Assembly: GCA_963675295.2 (NCBI GenBank)
Contig: CAXXKJ010000002.1
Span: 1,120,001-1,184,000 of the forward strand
Length of the DNA: 64,000 nt
Direction: 5' to 3'
Origin: a bacterium
GTDB lineage: Bacteria; Electryoneota; Electryoneia; Electryoneales; Electryoneaceae
Shown: piece after piece, positions 50,405-59,982 of the stretch
Position numbering within the stretch: position 1 is the first letter of the stretch
Layout: each line of letters starts with the position of its first letter
Notes under the pieces: generated by a model
Database searches by the model: none
Told to the model about the DNA's origin: nothing
Seen by the model: the letters and a program-made list of their open reading frames with translations, nothing else
Program-made: the position numbers and the translations under genes

Positions 50405-50649
50405 GAGTGCGTCCCCTGCGTTCATCGGATGATGAGCGTGTGATGTTAGGGGAAACTAAACGGCAGGCGAAAAGCTGTCAAGCGAATCGGTCATCTTGCT
50501 GCGGATCAGGGGGAGGCGCAGGTCAGTCACGACAGGCAGTGAAAGCACAATCCAGTTGTGCTCGGGGGCGCTGTGGATTCTGTTCCGGTTTGCGCGTCCC
50601 GGGGTGAAAACCTACCTTCACACATCTCTAACGAATCCCCGGAAAACCC

Positions 50650-51747
50650 ATGCAAAGCATATCTCGAAGCGAGTTCCTGGACGAGCTTTCCATTTGTGCG
50701 GAAGATGTCCGTAAGATCGTCTGCGACCACCGCTACCAGTCCCGTTTTGCCCCGGAGGACCTCCGCGACGCGGCAATTCTCTACACCACATCGGGCGGAA
50801 AGCGGCTCCGTCCCGCGATTCTGCTCTGGAGTTGTGGTGCGGTCGGAGGTGATCCGAAGGTTGCGATGCCGGCCGCCGCGTCGGTGGAGTTGTTTCACAC
50901 GTGGACGCTGGTCCATGACGACATCATTGACCGGGATGAGCGACGGCGTGGTGGAGCGACGGTACATGAACGGTTCCGGCAGGTGTCCAGTGATCGTCAC
51001 CCCGAGCTGCCCGCGAAGGAACACTCGCACTACGGGATCAGCGTCGCGGTGCTCGCCGGGGATGTGCAGCACGGTTGGTCGATCGCGTTGCTGGTGGAGC
51101 TGGCGCAACGGAACGGTCTCGATCCACGAGTCGCGCTGCATCTGATCGACCGGCTGGACAACGATGTGCTCAATCTGCTGGTGTCCGGCGAATTGCTCGA
51201 CGTGCAATTCTGCCAGATGCCCCTGGGCAGCCTGACCATCGCCGACATCGAAGACATGCTGTGGAAGAAAACCAGCGTGCTCTACCGGTATTGCGCGGAA
51301 GCGGGTGCGTTGATCGGCCTCAATCGGCTCGACGTTGACGATGAGCGCGTGAAGGGCTTGATCGAATTTTCCAGCTTGTGCGGCACGGCATTCCAGCTGC
51401 AGGACGACATCCTCGGCGTGATTGGCAATCCGGAGCAGACCGGCAAGCCGGTGGGGAACGACATTCGTGAAGGTAAGCGCACGACACTTGTGCACTATGC
51501 CTATACAGACGCCGATCCCGGTGAACGTGAATTCCTCGCGTCCACGTTGGGCAACCTGCAGGCGTCCCAGGCGGACATTCAACGGGCGATTGAGATCATC
51601 GAACGCCGGGGTGGGGTAGAACGGACCCGCGAACGGGCGCGCCGGTACATCGAGGAAGCACAGGCACAGCTTGAGGTGTTACCGGACACTCGCTACCGGG
51701 CGCTGCTCGCGGCGTGGGCGGAATATCTCATCAGCCGGGAGGTGTAA
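50650..51747 (+). CDS. Polyprenyl diphosphate (GGPP-type) synthase
   Basis: GGKRLRP, LVHDDIID....RRG, FQLQDD, DIREGK.T. Confidence 0.93.
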   Translation: MQSISRSEFLDELSICAEDVRKIVCDHRYQSRFAPEDLRDAAILYTTSGGKRLRPAILLWSCGAVGGDPKVAMPAAASVELFHTWTLVHDDIIDRDERRRGGATVHERFRQVSSDRHPELPAKEHSHYGISVAVLAGDVQHGWSIALLVELAQRNGLDPRVALHLIDRLDNDVLNLLVSGELLDVQFCQMPLGSLTIADIEDMLWKKTSVLYRYCAEAGALIGLNRLDVDDERVKGLIEFSSLCGTAFQLQDDILGVIGNPEQTGKPVGNDIREGKRTTLVHYAYTDADPGEREFLASTLGNLQASQADIQRAIEIIERRGGVERTRERARRYIEEAQAQLEVLPDTRYRALLAAWAEYLISREV

Positions 51748-51762
51748 GGAGAAGACGGCTGT

Positions 51763-51813
51763 TAGCGCTGAGCTTTGAGCCGTGAGCTCCGAGTTTTGAT
51801 CCTTGAGCTGTGA
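51763..51813 (+). repeat. Degenerate 7-nt periodic repeat (TGAGCnn)
   Basis: TGA at 51769, 51776, 51783, 51797, 51804, 51811 (CGA at 51790). Confidence 0.75.
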
Positions 51814-51978
51814 ACGAGATGATCCGGGAAACTTTATCCTCAAAGTGTCCCTGATCATCTCTCCTTCGGACTTCGTTTGCCGCAAATACACGGCGTGGCT
51901 GGTGTTTTCCCCTGGCGTTTTGGGAACGCGGCTGCCCGCAGTGGTTGCTGTTTCCAGGTACACCGGGGATACTACGTA

Positions 51979-52057
51979 AACCGGGGACACTTGACGGAGC
52001 AAGTGTCCCCGGTTCCATGCTATTACCACGGACTTAAGTCCGTGGTAATAGCATGGA
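51979..52057. repeat. Two adjacent REP-like palindromes (15-bp stem; perfect 44-bp palindrome)
   Basis: AACCGGGGACACTTG-acggag-CAAGTGTCCCCGGTT; TCCATGCTATTACCACGGACTT|AAGTCCGTGGTAATAGCATGGA. Confidence 0.9.
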
Positions 52058-52080
52058 CTCACAGCTCACAGCTCACAGAA

Positions 52081-53490
52081 TCACCCACCCTGCTGGATAT
52101 CGTCCGGCATCCACTGGGCGAGATCCGCCTTGATACTGTCATACTGCGGGTCGTGGGCGAGGTTGTTCCACTCGTTGTCGTCGGCATCGTGATCGTAGAG
52201 CTCCTCGCTGCCGTCGGCATAACGAATGTAGCGCCAGCGCTTGTCACGGATCGCGTGGTTGCCCGCGCCGTGTGTAGTCAGGGCGGGAACGGTCCGCGGC
52301 GTCGCCGGATCCTCAAGCTGCGGTCGCAGGCTGATGCCTTCCATGTACGGCTGTTCCGCCAGATTGCAGATGTCGACGAAGGTCGGCATGATATCGAGCA
52401 GGCTTACCGGCTCATGGCAGACACCGCCCGGTGTCGTCATGCCCGGCACCCGGACCAGTAACGGTACGTGCGTCGATTCTTCCCACAGCGTCCACTTGCG
52501 CCAGTGCCGTTTCTCGCCGAGGTGGAAGCCATGATCGGCGGAGATAACGACCATCGTGTCATCAGCGTAGCCGGACGAATCCAACGCGTCCAGCACCTTG
52601 CCGACGGTATTGTCCACGAAGCTGATCGCCCCGAGATACGCCGCGACGGCCTTACGCCAGTTCTTGTGTTCGAGAATCGAGTCAAACAGCCCGGATTGAA
52701 TCAGGTCGAGCCCTGCCTGCGGAATGTCGGAGAGATCCACCGGTGTGTACGGCGGCAGCGACAGCGTTTCCAGGTTGTATTGCTGGATGAACTTCCGCGG
52801 CGGGACAGCCGGATAGTGCGTCGCACGGGTGCCGAGGAACGCGAAGAACGGTTCGGGCATACCGCCCAGCAGCCGGTCGTTCATGAAATCCGAGCGCGCT
52901 TCATCCTGGAATGAGTTCATCGGGGAATCGTTCGGACCCCAGAGGAAATCAGTGTTGTCGTTGAGCTGCTGATCCTGCCCGATCCACGGATGATACGGCT
53001 GATACGGATCGCCGCCATTCAGCAGGTGCGGCGGTGGCAGTCCGCGGAAAACTTCATGCCATGGTTCGGTGTCCATGAAGGGCGGGTGATAGAACTTGCC
53101 CGAGCCGACGTTATAGTATCCCGCGTCGATGAACTCATCCGGCATCGTCTTGTAGTTGTTCGGCAGACGCGACCGCCAGTCTTCGCCATTGTAGTACACG
53201 CCGGTGGTGGCACACTTGAGGCTGGTGAACATGCCGGTACGGGACGGATTGCAGGCCGGACCACTGCAATGCGCGTTGGTGAACAGCACACCTGTCTGCG
53301 CGAACGCGTCCAGGTTGGGCGTGATCGCGTCGGGATGTCCCATCACTCCGAGCCAGTCATTCAGATCTTCGATGAAAATGAAGAGAACGTTCGGGTGCGT
53401 GGGCTGCGAGAATGCACGCTGCATCGGTTTGGCGGCAACCGCCGCCGCTCCGGCAAGCGACATTCGATTCAGAAAACTGCGTCTCTCCAT
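52081..53490 (-). CDS. Tat-exported formylglycine-dependent sulfatase (iduronate/choline-sulfatase-like)
   Basis: RRSF Tat signal; CNPSR; GKFYH; ADHGFHLGEK.HW.K. Confidence 0.93.
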   Translation of the reverse strand: MERRSFLNRMSLAGAAAVAAKPMQRAFSQPTHPNVLFIFIEDLNDWLGVMGHPDAITPNLDAFAQTGVLFTNAHCSGPACNPSRTGMFTSLKCATTGVYYNGEDWRSRLPNNYKTMPDEFIDAGYYNVGSGKFYHPPFMDTEPWHEVFRGLPPPHLLNGGDPYQPYHPWIGQDQQLNDNTDFLWGPNDSPMNSFQDEARSDFMNDRLLGGMPEPFFAFLGTRATHYPAVPPRKFIQQYNLETLSLPPYTPVDLSDIPQAGLDLIQSGLFDSILEHKNWRKAVAAYLGAISFVDNTVGKVLDALDSSGYADDTMVVISADHGFHLGEKRHWRKWTLWEESTHVPLLVRVPGMTTPGGVCHEPVSLLDIMPTFVDICNLAEQPYMEGISLRPQLEDPATPRTVPALTTHGAGNHAIRDKRWRYIRYADGSEELYDHDADDNEWNNLAHDPQYDSIKADLAQWMPDDIQQGG

Positions 53491-53881
53491 GGACGTGTCC
53501 GTTCCGGCAATTCAAATCAATGTGAAGCGACCGAACCCAAGATGAAAGCAATCGGCTACAGGTAACAAGAATCTTACGAGTCCGGGCTCCGCTCGGTTCC
53601 CGCTGTTTGCCACCAACGGGACCCCAACGCTAACGCTGTCGATTTCTAAATATAATATGAAAATTGCTAGAAGTAAATACTCTTTTGGGTCATTTTAGGG
53701 ATCGAAGATTCGCGTTACCCTCGCGATAACAACTATATCGCGATTACCAGCTATTGCTGCTGTGATCCTCCGCACACCCTCCAGTGCTCGCCCCGCCTCG
53801 CGAGGCGCTGGTGTCTGTTCGCGGGCGCGCCAGGAGCTCATCACCCCGATCAAATGTCCGTTTGTAAAGTAGCTGAGTCCG

Positions 53882-53980
53882 TCATCCCTCCGGTATCCAG
53901 CTGGCCAATTGTACCTTGATATGGTTGTAATCTGGATCGTCCGCAAGGTTGGTCCACTGGTCCGGGTTTTCACCATGTTG
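53882..53980 (-). pseudogene. Orphan sulfatase C-terminal fragment
   Basis: PDQWTNLADDPDYNHIKVQLASWIPEG* resembles the tails of both flanking sulfatases. Confidence 0.75.
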
Positions 53981-54378
53981 GGCAAACGACTTCAGGTGGG
54001 GGAGGCTCATTCTTACAGTGCCGGCTGCTCCCGGCATCCCGGCAGATTTTCGGCGGATCATCGAACGCTCGTCCGTTATAATTGGCACCAAACAACGTAG
54101 GAACCGTAAACTACAAGCCTGCGGACGTCTCAGCAACCGGAGAGCCGGATCGTGTGTGATTGGCTCGGCCAATGCGCTCCAGAAATGGAGCAGGTCAACG
54201 CTGAATGCCTGGCCGTCGCCGTGCGTCTCAGGCGAACATTAGATTGCCTGTATTGCAAAAAGTAATGTCTACTATCATGGATACTATAGCCGTAACCGTC
54301 CGCTGCAAGTCGCAATAACTTGGCGGTTTGCCTCTCCAAACTTCGGCGTCGTCAAGAAAATGTTTGCATGGGCTTGCA

Positions 54379-54405
54379 TTGACTAAATTGGGGGGGGGGT
54401 AGGTT
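54379..54405 (+). promoter_or_regulatory. Putative sigma70-like promoter with G10 tract in the spacer
   Basis: TTGACT-aaatt-G10-TAGGTT, 15-nt spacer. Confidence 0.45.
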
Positions 54406-54496
54406 ACACGTCGAGCGTCTCCGGATTTGTGTCCACGGCGCCAGACGCAATCAGGCGGGACGCACCAATCTGCTGTAACTTACTTGAGGGGGAAGT

Positions 54497-54919
54497 ATGA
54501 AGACGCGACTTTTTCTTGCGGGATCTCTTGCAGTTGTGATGCTCCTCGTGACTCTGCTTGGCGTGAATGCCGGGCAGTTGCCTTCCGCGACGTTGCCGTT
54601 CACGGTCGAGGTGTTCTTGGACTCAACGGCAACCACAACATGGGAGTACATTCCTTCCTTCGGTGGAGAGGGGCATTTCGTCTGGGACTTTAACGTTGTC
54701 TGCCATGACAACGGGGAATTCGCCCAAGCCAGCATGGATATCAGCTCCGCGAACTGGCAGGTTCAGGAGGAACAATGGAGTTACGAGAACGAAGAATTTG
54801 GTTGGTTTAACGATACGGGCGAGGAAGCAGGGACGGCCACATTGCACTGGGAAGGATTTACTGCTGGTGCACACAACCGTCGCGCATATCTTGACATTGA
54901 TGTAGCTGACGAAAACTAG
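54497..54919 (+). CDS. Small secreted hypothetical protein
   Basis: RBS GAGGGGG; signal peptide; acidic beta-rich mature part. Confidence 0.75.
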   Translation: MKTRLFLAGSLAVVMLLVTLLGVNAGQLPSATLPFTVEVFLDSTATTTWEYIPSFGGEGHFVWDFNVVCHDNGEFAQASMDISSANWQVQEEQWSYENEEFGWFNDTGEEAGTATLHWEGFTAGAHNRRAYLDIDVADEN

Positions 54920-54974
54920 CATTTATCTGACGGTGGCTGCTCGCAGCCACCGTCAATCTTTCATGGAGCCTGAA

Positions 54975-57332
54975 ATGAAATTGATTCCGGGTCTACTTCT
55001 GGTTCTGGTCGCCCTGGTGCCGCTCGCACACGGTGACTGGTCGATGTCAGAACACGGGCAGCTCACGCCTTCAGCCGTGGCAACGGACTCCTTGGGGAAC
55101 AAGATCCTCTTCTGCTCTCCGGTTAACGGCTTCTGGCTATCAGAAAACGCTGGCCAAAGTTGGGAACACATCAACGACCGAATCCTGGAGTCTGGCAGAC
55201 TCTATGCTGGTTTTGCGGGTGCACGAACCTATGTCACAGCAGTCGATCCAAATGCGGATACACTGGTGATAAATGCAAGATCGTACGAACCCAAAACCTA
55301 TCAATCAGAATATCATAGTTTTGATGGTGGTATGACATGGGAACAATATAGTCTATTATCTTTTTGGCCTGATTCTTTATATTATGGATCAAGTGGTGAT
55401 AGGATATTGATTCCAAGAAATCATTCAGAAAGAGTATATTTTCCAAAATCTGTTGGTATCGGAATTACTTACGGTGGTGATGTCTGGAATATTATAAATC
55501 TAAGTCATTTGAGTGAAGGGCTGCAAGGTGTCTTTTTTGAACAAGATAGATCAGATACAATATATATGTATGGACACTATGATGGTGTTGAATGTATGCG
55601 AGGTGGTGTTGTCGCGTCCTACGATGGTGGACTGGGATGGCAAAGGCTTACAGACATGGAGAATATTTATCCGGGAGAGGGTTATTTTCACGATATGATA
55701 CGAATTAGCCCTAGTTCTTTTTTATTATTACATGCCTCACAGACAGAAGACGAGTATCCTGATTTTTTTCGCACGGATGATGAGGGTGAAACCTGGTATC
55801 CGGTATATGCCAGTGGATTACCAGACTGTTGGACTGCTCCAAGAACGTTCTGCTATGTCCCCGAAAGACCAGGTCGAGTATTGATTGGTGCTACTAGTAA
55901 TACAGGAGTTTGGGAATCGAATGATTACGGATATACTTGGAACCGTGTATTCCGAGGCTTACCAATAAATGGAACAGAAGTATTAAACATTCAAAGGAAT
56001 GAATATAGCGGACAGCTCTATATTTCGTTGCATGGACAAGGGTTATACCGTTCATTGGACTTCGGTGACACTTGGCAACTCGTATCTGGGCCACCATGCG
56101 GTATTGAAAGTATTGAATGGCGAGGTATCACTGTCCATGAAGGGGGTATAGCGCAAACATCCAAGAGGGGGTATCTCTGGTATGCTCGAGGAGAATCAAC
56201 CTCTCTGATTCAGCATGAATTTCCAGTCTATGAGGATTCATGGACTGCGGGATATGCTATCAATATGAATAGCAATGAACTCATCTATGTCCAGAATCGG
56301 CATTCATTTCAAAATACGGATCAGGTACTAACAATCCGTTCCTGTGATTTTAATGGCACAGACGAACAATTATTACCGGCATTGACATTAAATAGCACTC
56401 CGGATTATGCAATTATAGTTGATAATGGAGACAGTACAACTTATGTAGGTATTAATCGTGGACAAAACTCACTATTTATATTTGATGAGCAGTCCACAAG
56501 CTGGCTACAGCGAGATTATGGATTCTACGGATTTCAGCCACAACAACACGATGAACGTTTGTATGTCTTCGCAGAAGTCAATAGTGAATGGAAAATAGCC
56601 GTAAGTAATGATGTGGGTATATCGTGGGACTATATAGAATTCCCAGAGCCACTAGATCATGATTTGTGGAGTTTCCAGGGAAACATGCTTTTTCATGAAA
56701 ATGGAATGTATGTGAAGATAGAAAATCGTTGCTGGAAATATGAAAACGAACAATGGCAGATGCGTGGAGTGATTAGTAATGATTATAATTATGGGAGCAA
56801 CTTACATTGGGAAATTATCCCATCACATACAGATATCCTGCTGGTGGCCGGTACAACTGCAAATCACAAACTATGGTCATCTCATGATGGCGGCTGGAAC
56901 TGGGGAGAACAGGAGATTGAGGTTCCTGAACCGTATTGCAGTGAAACAACCTGGCAGTTGAAGTACGACCCGTGGCGTGACCGGTTGTGGTTGGATACGG
57001 GTGTCGGGCTGGCGTATCTGGACGATCCGACATCTGCGGTGGGGGAGGACGTGTGGGTGTTTCAACCCGCGAACTATGTCACCCTGGATGCCTACCCGAA
57101 CCCGTTCAACGCGTCCACGATGATCCGCTACACGTTGACTCGTCCCGGCGACGTCAAGGTGACTGTGTTTGATCTGCTCGGCCGGCGGGTGGCGGAGCTC
57201 TATGACGGCGTCGTGCGTCCGGGTGAACATACCGTCTCGTTCGACGGGTCCGGGTTGTCGTCCGGGACCTATTTCCTGCACCTCGACACGCCGGATCGGA
57301 CGCTCAATCGTAAGCTGACGCTCGTGAAGTGA
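54975..57332 (+). CDS. BNR/Asp-box beta-propeller protein with T9SS-type C-terminal sorting domain
   Basis: Signal peptide; S.DGG..W repeats; AYPNPFNAST...VFDLLGR.V...LSSGTYF...KLTLVK. Confidence 0.9.
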   Translation: MKLIPGLLLVLVALVPLAHGDWSMSEHGQLTPSAVATDSLGNKILFCSPVNGFWLSENAGQSWEHINDRILESGRLYAGFAGARTYVTAVDPNADTLVINARSYEPKTYQSEYHSFDGGMTWEQYSLLSFWPDSLYYGSSGDRILIPRNHSERVYFPKSVGIGITYGGDVWNIINLSHLSEGLQGVFFEQDRSDTIYMYGHYDGVECMRGGVVASYDGGLGWQRLTDMENIYPGEGYFHDMIRISPSSFLLLHASQTEDEYPDFFRTDDEGETWYPVYASGLPDCWTAPRTFCYVPERPGRVLIGATSNTGVWESNDYGYTWNRVFRGLPINGTEVLNIQRNEYSGQLYISLHGQGLYRSLDFGDTWQLVSGPPCGIESIEWRGITVHEGGIAQTSKRGYLWYARGESTSLIQHEFPVYEDSWTAGYAINMNSNELIYVQNRHSFQNTDQVLTIRSCDFNGTDEQLLPALTLNSTPDYAIIVDNGDSTTYVGINRGQNSLFIFDEQSTSWLQRDYGFYGFQPQQHDERLYVFAEVNSEWKIAVSNDVGISWDYIEFPEPLDHDLWSFQGNMLFHENGMYVKIENRCWKYENEQWQMRGVISNDYNYGSNLHWEIIPSHTDILLVAGTTANHKLWSSHDGGWNWGEQEIEVPEPYCSETTWQLKYDPWRDRLWLDTGVGLAYLDDPTSAVGEDVWVFQPANYVTLDAYPNPFNASTMIRYTLTRPGDVKVTVFDLLGRRVAELYDGVVRPGEHTVSFDGSGLSSGTYFLHLDTPDRTLNRKLTLVK

Positions 57333-57342
57333 GCAAGGGATG

Positions 57343-57433
57343 CAACAGACGCAAAAGACGGAAAAGACGCAACAGAAGGAAAAGACAGGAACAGGCAGGA
57401 ACAGGCAGGAACAGGCAGGAACAGGCAGGAACA
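57343..57433. repeat. Purine-rich tandem repeats: degenerate 9-mer then (CAGGAACAGG) about 4.8 copies
   Basis: Read directly. Confidence 0.88.
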
Positions 57434-57576
57434 ACAGCCTTCACGCCTTCCGTAGCCCTCGATTCACGACTCCCATCGGCGGATCATCTGGAGCCCGGAT
57501 CCTTCATCCGATACGGCCGGATTCAGGAGGACACCCTGCCCTACAATTCGCCGTCCGCCGTCCATAGCCCACAGAT

Positions 57577-59031
57577 TTATCGTGCCCGGGGTGCGATCGC
57601 GTCGGTAGGTGGAATCCAGTCGTCGGGGATCCAGGCACGCAACTGCTGCATGATCGGTTCGTAATCCGGGTTGGTCGCGAGATTGTCCCACTGTTGCGGA
57701 TCAACGTTACGATCGTACAGTTCCTGGTCACCGTTCGCGTAGTGGATATAGTGCCACTGTTCGGTGATGACGGCGTGGTTGCCGGCCTCGAGGGTCATGA
57801 TGGATGGTTCTTCGCGCACACTGGCCGGATTTTCCAGCAACGGCCTCAGGCTCTGGCCTTCGTTGGCCGGATTGGGGGGCAGGTTGCAGAGATCGACGAG
57901 TGTCGGGTAGAGGTCGAGCATGTTGACCGGCTGATGGCAGACCGAGCCCGGCGTGGTCACACCCGGAGCGAGGATGGTCATGATCACGCTGCTTGATTCG
58001 TTCCAGAGCGTCGCTTTTCGCCAGTGCATCTTCTCGCCGAGGTGGAACCCGTGGTCGGCGACGAGCACAATGATGGTGTTGTTCGCGTGCGGGGAACTGT
58101 CGAACTGGTTCAGCAGCCGGCCGACCATTTCATCCATGTAATGAATGGTGGCGAGGTACGCGGCAACCGCCTTGTGCCACTGCTTGCCGTTGACCACATC
58201 CTCGTGGTGCCACGGTTCAATGAAGTTGAACGCCGAGGGCGGCAGATCGTCAAGGTCGGTCGGATTCACCGGCGGCAGGGTGACTTCCGCGATGTTGAAG
58301 CGTTCCATCACCCGGCGCGGTGCGATGGCTGGGAAGTGAGCCTTGTGCGTGCCGTAGAACATCATGAATGGTTCACGAACCCCGTCCTGCAACATTTCGT
58401 TCAGGTTGCGCACCCGCCGGTAGTCGGTCATGATCGCTTCGGGGGTATCGGTCGCGCCCCAGTTGAAGAACTGGGTTCCGGTGGCGTCTCCGTTACCTTC
58501 CAGCAGATAATTCAGTCCATTCCACGGATGGCCGGGCAGGTACGGCTCCTCACCGGGCAGGTCGTGCGTCGCCTTGGCGTCGATGTACTGGTTCCATACG
58601 TCGCGTTCATCGAAATTACCGTGAAACACCTTGCCCGACCGAATGGTAAAGTAGCCGTTATTGAGGAAATAGCGCGGCAAGGTGACAACTTCCGGGACGA
58701 TCTCCCGCCAGTCGTCATCATTGTAAAACACGCCTGTAGAGTTGGGATACTTTCCGGTCAGCAGTGCGGTGCGTGACGGATTGCAGATCGGCGACGCGCA
58801 GTGGGCGTTGGTGAACAGGCAGCCACGGTTCGCGAGTTCGTCGATGTTCGGCGTCATCGTGTCGGGGTGGCCGCCGAGACAGCCAAACCAGTTCGGCGCG
58901 TCTTCGAGCAGAATGAAGAGAACGTTCGGATGAGTCGGCTGGGCATTCGCCTGCTGCGCGAAGGGCAGGGGGGAGACGGCCAACCCGGCGGCGCCAGCGG
59001 AAACATTGCGGATAAACTGTCGGCGTTTCAT
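57577..59031 (-). CDS. Tat-exported formylglycine-dependent sulfatase, paralog of 52081-53490
   Basis: RRQF Tat signal; CNPSRTALLTG; ADHGFHLGEK.HWRK. Confidence 0.93.
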   Translation of the reverse strand: MKRRQFIRNVSAGAAGLAVSPLPFAQQANAQPTHPNVLFILLEDAPNWFGCLGGHPDTMTPNIDELANRGCLFTNAHCASPICNPSRTALLTGKYPNSTGVFYNDDDWREIVPEVVTLPRYFLNNGYFTIRSGKVFHGNFDERDVWNQYIDAKATHDLPGEEPYLPGHPWNGLNYLLEGNGDATGTQFFNWGATDTPEAIMTDYRRVRNLNEMLQDGVREPFMMFYGTHKAHFPAIAPRRVMERFNIAEVTLPPVNPTDLDDLPPSAFNFIEPWHHEDVVNGKQWHKAVAAYLATIHYMDEMVGRLLNQFDSSPHANNTIIVLVADHGFHLGEKMHWRKATLWNESSSVIMTILAPGVTTPGSVCHQPVNMLDLYPTLVDLCNLPPNPANEGQSLRPLLENPASVREEPSIMTLEAGNHAVITEQWHYIHYANGDQELYDRNVDPQQWDNLATNPDYEPIMQQLRAWIPDDWIPPTDAIAPRAR

Positions 59032-59287
59032 CAGAGCAAAGTCAGCTTCGTTGTTTGCAATCAGGTCGTGTACCGTGTCCGGCGGTACGGACGATCATTT
59101 ACCCATGGGCCGCGGTTTCATCGATCCCGGCCTTCCCCCTTACTCCGCAGCCAGAAGATAACGGTTAAAGTCCAAGGATGGTTAAACGTTATCCGTGCGT
59201 TGCACAGAAAGCTCCCCGGAGGAGAGACAGTTCGATACTGGCGGGATTCCCGTCTCCAAAACAAGCCGCTTTGCCCGTGAGCGTGGC

Positions 59288-59830
59288 TCAGACCTCTTCC
59301 ATAACAGTAATGTACGGCAACTCGCGATACTTCTGATCGTAGTCGAGACCGAAGCCGATCACGAACAAATTTGGAATGGAGAAGCAGCTGTAATCGGACT
59401 GGATGTCGATTTCACGCCGTTCCGGTTTGTCGAGCAGCGTGATAGTCTTGACGTATTCCGGTCCACGGGACAGCAGCATGTCACGGGTCAGCTTTAACGT
59501 GTGGCCGGTGTCGATGATATCGTCCACGAGGAGCACTCGCTGTCCGCTGATGTCGGCCTGCAGATCACGTTGGATGTCGATTTCACGGCTGGATTCGGTG
59601 CCGCTGCCGTAGCTGGATGCGACCATAAAATCCAGCTCTTTCAGCGTAGCACCACGGCTGGACAAGGCGCGGACGAGGTCTGCGGTAAACATGAAGCATC
59701 CACGCAGCAAACCCGCGATCACAAAGGGTTTGTCCGTGCCAAGGTCGGTGACAATCTGCTCCGCGAGTTCATCAATCCGTTCCCGGATCTGCCTTTCGGT
59801 CAACAGGGGTTCCTGCCGGGGTGTCAACAT
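59288..59830 (-). CDS. hpt: Hypoxanthine phosphoribosyltransferase
   Basis: LRGCFMF.ADL, SSYG, VLLVDDIIDTGHTL, LLDK, FVIGFGLDY...YRELP. Confidence 0.95.
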   Translation of the reverse strand: MLTPRQEPLLTERQIRERIDELAEQIVTDLGTDKPFVIAGLLRGCFMFTADLVRALSSRGATLKELDFMVASSYGSGTESSREIDIQRDLQADISGQRVLLVDDIIDTGHTLKLTRDMLLSRGPEYVKTITLLDKPERREIDIQSDYSCFSIPNLFVIGFGLDYDQKYRELPYITVMEEV

Positions 59831-59982
59831 GCTTCGCTCTATGACTTTGGTTATGAAGTTGGGAGTTGAATTCGGGAAAGTAGCGGCTCAAGCCCGGTTT
59901 CACAAGTTGCGATTTTTGACTCGTTGCGTTTGCAGGTCGAACGACTTATATTGATCAAGCTGATAACGAATCACTCAGTTCT

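Noticed and set aside
57343-57433. CRISPR array (also the heptamer arrays)
   Set aside because: Units are 7-10 nt head-to-tail with no spacers, and there are no cas genes.
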